Shown piece by piece: positions 10,682-18,757 of a DNA stretch of 40,765 nucleotides. Under the pieces are notes generated by a model. The model was not told the DNA's origin and searched no databases. It saw nothing but the letters and a program-made list of their open reading frames with translations. The translations under genes were made by a program, and so were the position numbers. Source of the stretch: Myxococcota bacterium (GTDB lineage: Bacteria; Myxococcota_A; Polyangia; Polyangiales; Sandaracinaceae); NCBI GenBank assembly GCA_036149055.1, contig JAYZQJ010000008.1, positions 1-40,765 on the forward strand. Reading direction: 5' to 3'. Position 1 is the first letter of the stretch. Each line of letters opens with the position of its first letter.

Positions 10682-13600
10682 TGGAGCGACCCGCTCATGT
10701 CCATGCACTGACACGACGCGCCTTCGTAGCACAGACCCGCCGACTCCATCTCGGCGCCCATCGCGCCGCAGCTCGTGCCGTGCTCGGGGAAGCAGCGGCG
10801 GTGCTGCACGACCCCGTTGAGGCGCTCGAGGCCGTGGTCCTCGTCGAGCATGAAGTCGGTCACCTCACCGAAGACGGCGCGGTAGTCGTCGGCGCGGAGG
10901 CTGCCGCCGGCGTTGGGCGCGGCGCGGTTCACCTCGGCGATGACGTCGAGGATGGTCTCCAGCGGCGTCACCGGGTCCCCGGCCGCCGGGAGCGACACCG
11001 CGTTCTGGAGGATGCGCCGGAGCGTGCGGTCGTCGTCGACCGCCTGGATGTCCTGCACGAGGTCGAGCGCGTCGATCACCGCGCTCCCCTCGAGGTCCAG
11101 CGCGCCGCCGCTACGGACGACCTCGCGCGCGTTGGGGGCGAGCCCCTCGCTGAGCGCGTTCATGAGCGGGACGATGTTGCGGTCGTCCTCGAGCACCATC
11201 AGGGCGTCGGCCGCGCCGTAGAGGGTCGAGGCGAAGGCGTCGTTCTCGCTCGCCTCGCTCACCAGGTAGCCCATGAGCTGCGCGAGCGCGGCCCGCGCCT
11301 CCGGGTCCTCGTTCACCGCGTCGAGGAAGCGGATGAGCGCGGCCATCAGCGGCTCGCGCATCGTCTCCTCCATGCGCTGGTCGAGGCCGGTCGCCCACTC
11401 GAGCAGGTCCCCCCGGGCGCGGTGGTCGTCGATGCGGTCGCGCATGAAGGGCAGGGCGGTGAGCAGGATGGCGCGGGCCCGCTGGTTCTCGAGGCGGAAG
11501 CCGGCGCCGAGGGTGCGCGTGCCGAGGAACTGCTCGGCCATCGCGCGCCGCGCGATCAGGAACTCGGCCCGCCGCTCGGGCTCCGCCTCCCACGCCGCGT
11601 CCATCGCCGCGAAGGCGTCGAGGAGCAGGTAGAGCGGGGTCACCGACAGCTCGCGCGCGCCGTCGTTGGTGCGGGTCGTCCCGTTGCCGAAGCGATCGGT
11701 CAGGCCGACGTTGCGGCGCGGGTCGATCATCACCTCGCCGGCGGCCGCGAGGGCCGCGACGCCGTCCACGCCCGGCTCCACCTCGACCTCCTCGAGCGCG
11801 AGGTTCATCCGGTGCAGCCGCTGGGTGAGCTGCCCCTCCTCGAAGCCGGCCGCGACCAGCTCCTCGTAGCCGCGCACGTTCGACGCGTGGCTGAAGTTCG
11901 GGTCGCCGGGGCGGCACGCGGGCGCGAGGCAGTACTGATCGTTGTCGGGGGAGGCCCAGTGGGCGTGCAGGGTCCCGAGCAGGTCGCCGAAGAAGTAGTT
12001 GCCTTCGGGATCGTAGGTGTAGCCCGGTCGGTGCAGCACCTCGATGAGCGGCTGCATGGCCTCGTAGAACCCGGGCGCCTCCCACGCGAAGATCGTCCCG
12101 TGGTAGCGCTCGACGACGAGGTTGCCGTGCCGGTCGCGGACCGGGTCGAAGACCTGGCCGGCGAAGGCGCTGTTGCAGTCGCCGCCGTCCTCGTCGGGCG
12201 TGCAGCTCCGCAGCCCGGTCTCGTCGGAGAGGCCCCAGAAGACCAGCCGGTTGAGGGCCTGCGGGGTCGGGCGGCGGGTGAGGCCGTCGATGCCGGCCGA
12301 GATCTCGAGCGCCTCGTCCACGTCGACGCTCAGCGCGGAGGCGACGTCGACCATCGCGTCGAGGAAGCCGTCCTGGAGCTCGAGCTCGTAGTCGCCCTGG
12401 ATCGCGCGGGCGTAGGCCTCGGCGACGTTCTCGATGCGGATCAGCTCGCAGCGTCCGGCGGTCCGGCCGAAGAGCGGATAGGCGAGGTTGAACGAGAAGG
12501 GCCCGACCGTGAGGCGCAGGTCCAGCCGAGCGCCCGCCCGGTTGCAGACCTCCACCCCGTTGAGCGCGTCGATGAGCGCGACGGTGCGCTGCCAGAGGCT
12601 CTCGTTGTCGAACGAGTCGGGCATGCGGCGGTCGACCGCCTGGTCGAGCGGCAGACCGAGCGGCGGGCCGTTCGGGTTCCTCGGATCGAAGGTGACCCGG
12701 TCCCGGTTGCGCATGAAGGCCGCGAAGAGCTGACCGCCGTTCTCGCTGCGCGGGTCGCTGAACGACCGCATCACCGCCTCGAGCATCCCCGGCCGCTGGC
12801 TGATCCGCACCAGCACCTCGATCAGGTCGTCCCAGAAGACGTTGGGCTGGGTCAGCACCGCCTCCGGGTGGAGGTCGCTCTCGTTGGCCATGAACCGCGC
12901 GCTGCGCACGATGCCGGCGGCGGCGGACTCGTGGTCGCGCAGCAGCAACTCGGTCGCGATGAGCGCGCCCTCGGTCTCGTCCCGGTGCATCAGCTCGCCC
13001 AGCGCGTGCACCGCGTCGAACATCGGCCCGCGCGTCGTGTCGAACGCGGCGTAGCGGTGCGTGTAGGCGCCGTAGCTGAACGAGGTGTCCGCCGGCGGGC
13101 CCATCAGGACCGGGAGGCCGCGGCTCATCTGCATGAGCGTCGGCGCGTCGGGCTCGAACCAGGGGGCCAGCTCCGCGGTCGTGCCGGCGAGCATCGTGCG
13201 GCTCGCGTCCAGGTAGGCGTAGTAGCGGGTCCCGTCGGTCCGGATCGCGCGGCCCGAGGGATCGCGAGGCACGCCGGTCTCGTCCTGGATCCGGAAGGGC
13301 GTCGGCACGTCGAGCGCGGCCCCCGACCCGTCGACGAAGCGCCCGAGCCCGTCCACGTCGGCGAGCCCGTCGGCGTCGAGGTCGACGAACGGCGCGAGGG
13401 AGGCGGCCGGGTTCGGCAGCGCCATGCCGCGCGCGTCGCGGAGCAGGACGTAGCTCGGCTCGCCGGTCCGGAAGAGGTCGTCCTGGGTGAACATGAGCTC
13501 GCGCATCAGGGCCAACGTCGTCTGGTCCGCGGCGTCGTCGCTCGGATCGGCCTCCATCGTCGCCAGCTCGAGCGCGAGCGCGGCCTGCAGATCGAGGAAC

Positions 13601-14247
13601 TCCTCGCGGGCCGATCCCTCGAGCAGGGTGTGCAGCGCGACCTCGGCGAACTCGTCGAACCGGGGGTAGGCGAGGGTCGGCCGGGTGACGCCGAGCGCGA
13701 GGCGCAGCGGGCGGTAGCCCTGCCGGGTCCCGAGCCGCTCGAGCGCGGCCACCGCCTCGTCGTCGCGGGAGAGCCGGTCGAGGAAGTCGGCGAGCCGCCG
13801 GGTCTGGGTCGGGAGCCGCTCGTCGGGGGTGTCGAAGAACGGGAGCAGCTCGCCCATGAAGAGCCCGAGGTCGTCGCTCATCGACTCCGGCAGCGTCCGG
13901 TCGAGCGCCTCGGCGAGGCGGGTCCGGTTCTCCATCAGGGCCACGAGCCGCGGGGGCGCGTCGGCGGGAACCGGCGCGTTGGCCTCGCACACCGCCTTCC
14001 AGCGCGCCCCACTCACGTCGCGCGGCTCTCCCTCGGGGCGCGCGCGCTCGGCGTCGGCCGCGATCCGCTCGCAGAAGACCTGGACGATCTCCTCCCCGAG
14101 GCTCCCGTGAGCCACCGGCACCGGCGTCGTGTCGAACTCGGCGCACCCGGGAGAGGTCACCCCCCCGCCGATGGCCGCGCACCCGAGCGCGAACATGATC
14201 GAGAGGCGACGCGCACCCGCACGCCGCCCCGTCTCGCTGTCGTCCAT
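10660..14247 (-). CDS. Large (~1195 aa) putative lipoprotein of unknown function
   Basis: Long ORF with GC-rich third positions. N-terminal hydrophobic stretch ending in a lipobox-like SPG-C, a DxDxDG motif (DLDADGLAD), several Cys clusters and a Cys-rich C-terminus. Start chosen at ATG 14247. Confidence 0.75.
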   Translation of the reverse strand: MDDSETGRRAGARRLSIMFALGCAAIGGGVTSPGCAEFDTTPVPVAHGSLGEEIVQVFCERIAADAERARPEGEPRDVSGARWKAVCEANAPVPADAPPRLVALMENRTRLAEALDRTLPESMSDDLGLFMGELLPFFDTPDERLPTQTRRLADFLDRLSRDDEAVAALERLGTRQGYRPLRLALGVTRPTLAYPRFDEFAEVALHTLLEGSAREEFLDLQAALALELATMEADPSDDAADQTTLALMRELMFTQDDLFRTGEPSYVLLRDARGMALPNPAASLAPFVDLDADGLADVDGLGRFVDGSGAALDVPTPFRIQDETGVPRDPSGRAIRTDGTRYYAYLDASRTMLAGTTAELAPWFEPDAPTLMQMSRGLPVLMGPPADTSFSYGAYTHRYAAFDTTRGPMFDAVHALGELMHRDETEGALIATELLLRDHESAAAGIVRSARFMANESDLHPEAVLTQPNVFWDDLIEVLVRISQRPGMLEAVMRSFSDPRSENGGQLFAAFMRNRDRVTFDPRNPNGPPLGLPLDQAVDRRMPDSFDNESLWQRTVALIDALNGVEVCNRAGARLDLRLTVGPFSFNLAYPLFGRTAGRCELIRIENVAEAYARAIQGDYELELQDGFLDAMVDVASALSVDVDEALEISAGIDGLTRRPTPQALNRLVFWGLSDETGLRSCTPDEDGGDCNSAFAGQVFDPVRDRHGNLVVERYHGTIFAWEAPGFYEAMQPLIEVLHRPGYTYDPEGNYFFGDLLGTLHAHWASPDNDQYCLAPACRPGDPNFSHASNVRGYEELVAAGFEEGQLTQRLHRMNLALEEVEVEPGVDGVAALAAAGEVMIDPRRNVGLTDRFGNGTTRTNDGARELSVTPLYLLLDAFAAMDAAWEAEPERRAEFLIARRAMAEQFLGTRTLGAGFRLENQRARAILLTALPFMRDRIDDHRARGDLLEWATGLDQRMEETMREPLMAALIRFLDAVNEDPEARAALAQLMGYLVSEASENDAFASTLYGAADALMVLEDDRNIVPLMNALSEGLAPNAREVVRSGGALDLEGSAVIDALDLVQDIQAVDDDRTLRRILQNAVSLPAAGDPVTPLETILDVIAEVNRAAPNAGGSLRADDYRAVFGEVTDFMLDEDHGLERLNGVVQHRRCFPEHGTSCGAMGAEMESAGLCYEGASCQCMDMSGSLQWRCARP

Positions 14248-14389
14248 CCCTGGTATCCCCGAAGAAAAGATCCGGAAACAAGGTACCGGCACCGAGGCCC
14301 CGCGCCAACCCGGAGCGGCGCTCGTCGATCTGGAGGGCGGGGCTCGACGCCCGCGAGCGGCGCCTGCGCCCGACGCGGTCGATTCCCAC

Positions 14390-14412
14390 TTGACCCTGAC
14401 ACTAGTGGCAGG
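14390..14412 (+). promoter_or_regulatory. Candidate MerR-family operator next to a TTGACC -35 element
   Basis: TTGACC (14390-14395) overlaps by one base the 18-bp dyad CCTGACACT|AGTGGCAGG (14395-14412, one mismatch), upstream of the SDR-MerR pair. No convincing -10 was found. Confidence 0.6.
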
Positions 14413-14471
14413 CCCCCAGAGCTTCGCTGCGCCCCAGGGCGCCAACCACGATTCCGGGAGGCGAAGCGAAC

Positions 14472-15236
14472 ATGACGAGCGAAAACGAGTGGCAGAGCAA
14501 GGTGGCGATCGTGACCGGGGGGAGCTCCGGCATCGGGCGGGCGGTGGCGCTGGCCCTGGTGGCTCGCGGCGCGAACGTCGTCATCACGGGGCGCGACGCA
14601 GAGCGGCTCGACCGGGTCGCCGCGGAGCACGACGCCATCGAGTCGGTGCGGGCCGACAGCGCGGATCCGACGAGCGCCGAGCGCGTCGTGCGCGCCGCGC
14701 TCTCGCGATGGGACAGGCTGGACTTCGTCGTCAACAACGCCGGCGCGGGTCGACCGCTGCCGATCGAGTCCTATGACTTCCATGCCATCGCCGGGATCTG
14801 CGCAGTGAACATCATCGCGCCTTCGCTCCTCGTGAAGGAGGCGCTGCCGGCGCTGCGGCTGACCCAGGGCGCCATCGTGAACATCGGGACCGCCGTCTCA
14901 CGGAACGCGGCGCCGATGCTCGCGCACTACGCGGCCACCAAGGCGTCCCTCGAGCACCTCACCCGGGCCTGGGCGATGGAGCTCGCGGGCGACGGGATCC
15001 GCGTGAACGCCGTCGCGCCTGGGCCGGTGCGGAGCGGCGCTCTCACCGGGATGATGGGGCTGTCCCAGGAGACCGCGCACGCCGTGGAACGAGAAGAGGC
15101 CGCCCAGGTCCCCCTGGGTCGGCGTGGCGTCACGGATGACATCGTCCCCTGGATCTTGCGCCTCGGGAGCCCCAGGAACGAGTGGACCACCGGGCAGGTC
15201 GTCACCGTCGACGGCGGGTGGTCGTCGCGAACCTGA
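14472..15236 (+). CDS. Classical SDR family NAD(P)-dependent oxidoreductase
   Basis: TGGSSGIG, NNAG, YAATK (YxxxK), RVNAVAPG, TGQVVTVDGG; GGAGG upstream. Confidence 0.95.
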   Translation: MTSENEWQSKVAIVTGGSSGIGRAVALALVARGANVVITGRDAERLDRVAAEHDAIESVRADSADPTSAERVVRAALSRWDRLDFVVNNAGAGRPLPIESYDFHAIAGICAVNIIAPSLLVKEALPALRLTQGAIVNIGTAVSRNAAPMLAHYAATKASLEHLTRAWAMELAGDGIRVNAVAPGPVRSGALTGMMGLSQETAHAVEREEAAQVPLGRRGVTDDIVPWILRLGSPRNEWTTGQVVTVDGGWSSRT

Positions 15237-15258
15237 AGGCGAAGCGGGAGAGCGCGCG

Positions 15259-15615
15259 ATGAGGATCAAGGAAGCGGCCGAGAAGCTCGGAATCACGGAG
15301 CGCATGCTTCGGCACTACGAGAAGGAGGGCCTCATCGAGGTCTGCCGCGCGGCCAACGGCTACCGTCGCTACGGCGAGGCCGACCTGCGCCGGGCGGCGC
15401 GCATCCGAGACTTCATCGCGACGGGCTTCTCGACGCGCGAGCTTCGAAGGATGGCCGACTGCCTCTCGGACGAGGGAGCCGGGCCGTGCGAGGCGGGGGT
15501 CCACCAGCTGGTGGAGAAGCTGGAGAGCATCGATCGGCTGCGCGCCGAGCTCGACGATCGTCGCGAGCTCGTGCTCGCGCGCCTCGCGAGCCTTCGCGCG
15601 TCGCTGCCGAGCTGA
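15259..15615 (+). CDS. MerR family transcriptional regulator
   Basis: MRIKEAAEKLGITERMLRHYEKEGLI..ANGYRRY HTH, followed by a coiled coil with two Cys (DCLSDEGAGPC). Confidence 0.93.
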   Translation: MRIKEAAEKLGITERMLRHYEKEGLIEVCRAANGYRRYGEADLRRAARIRDFIATGFSTRELRRMADCLSDEGAGPCEAGVHQLVEKLESIDRLRAELDDRRELVLARLASLRASLPS

Positions 15616-15628
15616 AGCAGCGGGGGAG

Positions 15629-15693
15629 AGCGGCAACGAGATCGGGGGTGGCTGCTCGCGTCCGCGGGGCTCGGCTGGGTCGAGCAGGAGGCC
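15629..15693 (+). pseudogene. Frameshifted fragment of a second four-helix-bundle gene
   Basis: Translates as SGNEI(frameshift)RGWLLASAGLGWVEQEA, matching SAGEARVWLLAAAGLGYVSQET in the intact gene at 16528-16593. Confidence 0.65.
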
Positions 15694-15732
15694 CGAGGGG
15701 TGACCGTGACGCACCCATCGAACCTGCGAGTC

Positions 15733-15864
15733 GACTCCGAGTCCGAGCCCGACTCCGAATCCGAATCCGAGTCCGAACCCGAGTCCGAATCCGAATCCGA
15801 GTCCGAGTCCGAGTCCGAATCCGAGTCCGAGTCCGAGTCCGAGTCCGAGTCCGAGTCCGAGTCC
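15733..15864. repeat. Hexamer microsatellite (GA[GAC]TCC)n, about 22 units
   Basis: Direct reading: gactcc gagtcc gagccc gactcc gaatcc ... gagtcc. Confidence 0.95.
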
Positions 15865-15970
15865 GATCTCTTCGTCGACGCAGAACGAGGGTAGGGGGCT
15901 GAGGAGGAGTGGTCTGGAGGCTCGCCAAAGCCGCTTGGCCGCTCCCGCTGCCGGTTGTGCTCCCGGCTCC

Positions 15971-16098
15971 GCAGCCGGTCCCGCAGCCGGTCCCGCAGCC
16001 GGCCCGCAGCCGGTCCCGCAGCCGGTCCCGCTGCCGGTCCCGCAGCCGGCCCGCAGCCGGTCCCGCAGCCGGTCCCGCTGCCGGTCCCGCTGCCGGCC
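15971..16098. repeat. 11-12 nt tandem repeat GC[AT]GCCGG(T)CCC, about 11 units
   Basis: gcagccggtccc repeated with gcagccggccc and gctgccggtccc variants. Confidence 0.93.
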
Positions 16099-16140
16099 TC
16101 GCGGTCCTCGTCGCGCTTCGCGCCCGTATGAGAGGTAGAC

Positions 16141-16305
16141 GTGTTGGCGCCTCGTCCTCCTCCTCCGACGGTGCCGGACGCGGCCGGGCGAGTAAAGGAC
16201 GCCTGCGGCGCCGGCTTCGCCGGCTGCGGGCCCTGCGGGCCCTTGTCCCTGACTAGCCCGGCCGCGCCCGGCCTGAGAGGAGGCGGAGGACGATGCGGGG
16301 CACAC
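16141..16305. other. Long branched inverted repeat upstream of the four-helix-bundle gene
   Basis: 16173-16200 pairs with 16245-16272 (24 of 28). Outer stem cgtcctcc/ggaggacg. The loop holds two small hairpins, gccgg-cttcg-ccggc and gggccc-tgc-gggccc. Confidence 0.7.
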
Positions 16306-16335
16306 CGTCGCGCGGGCCGCCTCTCGGAGAACACG

Positions 16336-16656
16336 ATGCTGAACATCACCTCGGACGCGATCGACTGGCTCACGCGGGTGCGGCCGGTCTGGGAGGCCAT
16401 CGCGAAGCAGGACAAGGACCTCGCTCGGCAGCTGCGGGACAGCGCGTCGAGCGTGGTCGGCAACCTCGGCGAGGGCGAGAGCCGGCGGGGCGGACATCAG
16501 CGCGAGCGGTTCGAGACGGCCTACGGCTCGGCCGGCGAGGCGCGGGTGTGGCTCCTGGCGGCGGCCGGGCTCGGCTACGTCAGCCAGGAGACGGTGGCGC
16601 CGCTCGCGGACTGGGCGGACAAGGTCCGGGCGGTGACCTGGAAGATGATGAACTGA
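16336..16656 (+). CDS. Four-helix-bundle protein (23S rRNA IVS protein / Avd-like family), 106 aa
   Basis: GGAGA RBS, then MLNITSDA..DLARQLRDSASSVVGNLGEG..RFETAYGSAGE..W..A..LGY, matching the family pattern QLxRAxxSxxxNIAEG..F..A.GS..E....L..A..LGY. Confidence 0.88.
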   Translation: MLNITSDAIDWLTRVRPVWEAIAKQDKDLARQLRDSASSVVGNLGEGESRRGGHQRERFETAYGSAGEARVWLLAAAGLGYVSQETVAPLADWADKVRAVTWKMMN

Positions 16657-16662
16657 CGAATC

Positions 16663-16694
16663 GCGGCGGCTCCGGCTTCGGTCGGAGCCGTCGC
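16663..16694 (+). terminator. 14-bp stem with cUUCGg tetraloop just after the four-helix-bundle stop
   Basis: gcggcggctccggc-ttcg-gtcggagccgtcgc, with two G-U pairs on the + strand. No U-tract. Confidence 0.5.
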
Positions 16695-16862
16695 TCGCTC
16701 CTCGCGCAGCTTCCTGTCGAGAGACCGGGGACGATCTTCCCCATCCCCATCTCGCGCGAGACCCGACCGCCGGAGAGTCGTGAGAGGAGGGGGCCGCGGT
16801 GTCGTCTCGAACAGGGACGATCCTATTCGTTCATCGAACTCCGTCCGCTCCGGGCTGCGACC

Positions 16863-17030
16863 GACTCCGACTCCGACTCCGAGTCCGAGTCCGAGTCCGA
16901 TTCCGATTCCGATTCCGATTCCGATTCCGATTCCGAGTCCGAGTCCGATTCCGATTCCGATTCCGAGTCCGAGTCCGAGTCCGAGTCCGAGTCCGAGTCC
17001 GAGTCCGAGTCCGATTCCGAGTCCGAATCC
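16863..17030. repeat. Hexamer microsatellite (GA[GTC]TCC)n, about 28 units, same orientation as 15733-15864
   Basis: Direct reading of gactcc, gagtcc and gattcc units. Confidence 0.95.
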
Positions 17031-17276
17031 CTCGTTGTCGACGTACATCAGGGGAGGGGGGAGGTGGGAGGCGAAGAGGAACAGGTAGCGCTGGCGAGGT
17101 GAGCTCGGCGCTGCGCCCGGTGCCGTTCTCGCCTCCGCTGCCGTTCTCGCTGCCGCAGCCGTCTCGCTGCCGCTGCCGCGTCCGCCTGCGCTGCCCGCGA
17201 GTCGCGCCGCGCTCGATGGGCGTCCCTGCGGGCTGGCTGTCTCGCGAGCCAGCAGCTCGGGCCGCCTCGCTTCCAC

Positions 17277-17327
17277 TCTCTCTCTCCTCGCTTCCCTCTT
17301 TCCTCGCTTCCTGCGAGTCGGAGGTCC
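17277..17327. repeat. Dispersed pyrimidine-rich repeat, copy 2
   Basis: Aligns with 6507-6557; shared core TTCCTCGCTTCCTG[TC]GAGT. Confidence 0.7.
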
Positions 17328-17344
17328 AGCTGGGCGTGCGGTGC

Positions 17345-17690
17345 TGTACCCCCCTCTCGACAGCACCGAGTGCTCCCTCCGGGCATGCGACCACTCCCTC
17401 GGGGTGCACCGAGAGCTCGCGTCGAGGGGGGGCACCCCCTCCGCACGAGCACCGAGTGCTTCCTTCGCGGGGGTCGAGGGCCTCGCGTCGAGCTCTCGGT
17501 GCTCGCCAAGGGGGGGCTGCCCCCCTCGACGCGAGCTCCGACACCTCCTGCGTCGCCGCTCGTTCGCGCGAGAGGTGCTGTCCGTGCTCCTCGAGGGGAG
17601 GTGACCCCCCGTCTCACGAGCTCTCGGTGCTCCCGAGAGGGAGGTCCACCCCCGCCCGGAATGCACCGAGCGCTCCGCAGTCGGAGGGGA
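17345..17690. repeat. Degenerate 43-bp-period array with quasi-palindromic cores (GAGCACCGAGTGCTC / GAGCTCTCGGTGCTC), 8 units
   Basis: Cores start at 17363, 17406, 17449, 17492, 17535, 17577, 17620 and 17663, separated by G-run/C-run linkers. Confidence 0.75.
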
Positions 17691-17695
17691 CGCGG

Positions 17696-18736
17696 TCAGG
17701 CGAGGGCGGCGCGCGCGACCTCGACGTCGACGAGGCCCTCCTTGACGAGCTCCCGGAGGTGCATCTCGAAGGTCTGCATGCCGTAGGGGTGGCGGCCGCG
17801 CTCCATGATGTCCTTGAGCGGGACGTTGCCCTCGGGCTTGCGGATGGTCTCGCGGGCGGTCCCGGTCACCACCAGGATCTCGGCGGCGAGGACCAGGCCC
17901 TGGCCGTCGGCGCGGGGGAGGAGGCGCTGGGCGATGATGCCCTTGAGGTTGTCGGCGAGGCGCTCGCGGGTCTCCTGCGCGTCGCGCTCCCCGACCAGGG
18001 CGAGGATGCGGCCCACCGTGCGGCTCACGTCGGGGGTGTGCAGGGTCGAGAGCAGGAGGTGGCCGGTCTCCGCCGCCTTGAGGCCGATGTCCATCGTCTC
18101 CTCGTCGCGGATCTCGCCGACGAGGATCACGTCCGGGGACTGCCGCAGGGCGGCGCGCAGCGCGGTCGCGAAGTCGTCGGTGTCGATGCCGACCTCGCGC
18201 TGGCTGATGAGGCTGTTGCCGTCCTGGTGGATGAACTCGATCGGATCCTCGATGGTCACCACGTGCGAGCGGCGCTGCTCGTTGATGTGGCCGATCATCG
18301 CGGCGAGGGTGCTCGACTTGCCGTTGCCGGCCGCGCCGCAGACCAGGATCATGCCGCGCTCGATCTCGGCGAGCTTGCGGGCCACCGGCGGGAGGCGCAG
18401 CGCGTCGAAGCTCGGGATGCGCAGCGGGATGGCGCGGAGGGCGAGCGCGAAGGTGCCGCGCTGGCGGTAGACGTTCGCCCGGTAGCGGCCGACGCCGGGC
18501 ACCGAGTAGGCGGTGTCGTACTGCTGCAGCCCCTCGAGGGTGCCGGTGAAAGGAGAGCTCGCGAGCACGATGCGGGCGAGGTCCTTGGTCTGCTCGGGCT
18601 TGAGCTTCTCCCCCTGCAGATAATGCAAAGAGCCGCCGACGCGGAACGCCGGCGGCTGACCCACCTTGAGCAAGATGTCGCTGGCTGCGTACTGCTGCCC
18701 CTTCTTCAAGAGGGCATGGAGCGCCGACTCTTCCAT
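17696..18736 (-). CDS. pilT: PilT/PilU-family type IV pilus retraction ATPase (paralog)
   Basis: Walker A GAAGNGKSST, Asp box TIEDPIEF, ALRQSPDVILVGEIRD, His box AAETGHLLLSTLHT, GMQTF. Not inside a pil cluster here. Confidence 0.88.
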   Translation of the reverse strand: MEESALHALLKKGQQYAASDILLKVGQPPAFRVGGSLHYLQGEKLKPEQTKDLARIVLASSPFTGTLEGLQQYDTAYSVPGVGRYRANVYRQRGTFALALRAIPLRIPSFDALRLPPVARKLAEIERGMILVCGAAGNGKSSTLAAMIGHINEQRRSHVVTIEDPIEFIHQDGNSLISQREVGIDTDDFATALRAALRQSPDVILVGEIRDEETMDIGLKAAETGHLLLSTLHTPDVSRTVGRILALVGERDAQETRERLADNLKGIIAQRLLPRADGQGLVLAAEILVVTGTARETIRKPEGNVPLKDIMERGRHPYGMQTFEMHLRELVKEGLVDVEVARAALA

Positions 18737-18757
18737 CGGCGCCCAGTCTATCCGAAG

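Noticed and set aside
10780..14475. 1231-aa plus-strand ORF and 1092-aa alternative minus-frame ORF
   Set aside because: Antisense and off-frame shadows of the large lipoprotein gene.
16336..16656. Diversity-generating retroelement or 23S rRNA intervening sequence
   Set aside because: No reverse transcriptase, no TR/VR pair with adenine-specific differences, and no rRNA sequence in the window. The remnant differs from the intact gene mostly at non-A positions.
15700..17102. ORFs encoding (SE)n, (SD)n, (RV)n, (GL)n or (PI)n dipeptide runs
   Set aside because: These are translations of the hexamer microsatellites, open in most frames, with no clear RBS or domain. Treated as non-coding, though short peptides cannot be excluded.
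17345..17690. 43-bp array as a CRISPR array
   Set aside because: Cores are short, degenerate and in mixed orientation, linkers resemble each other, and no cas genes are in the window.
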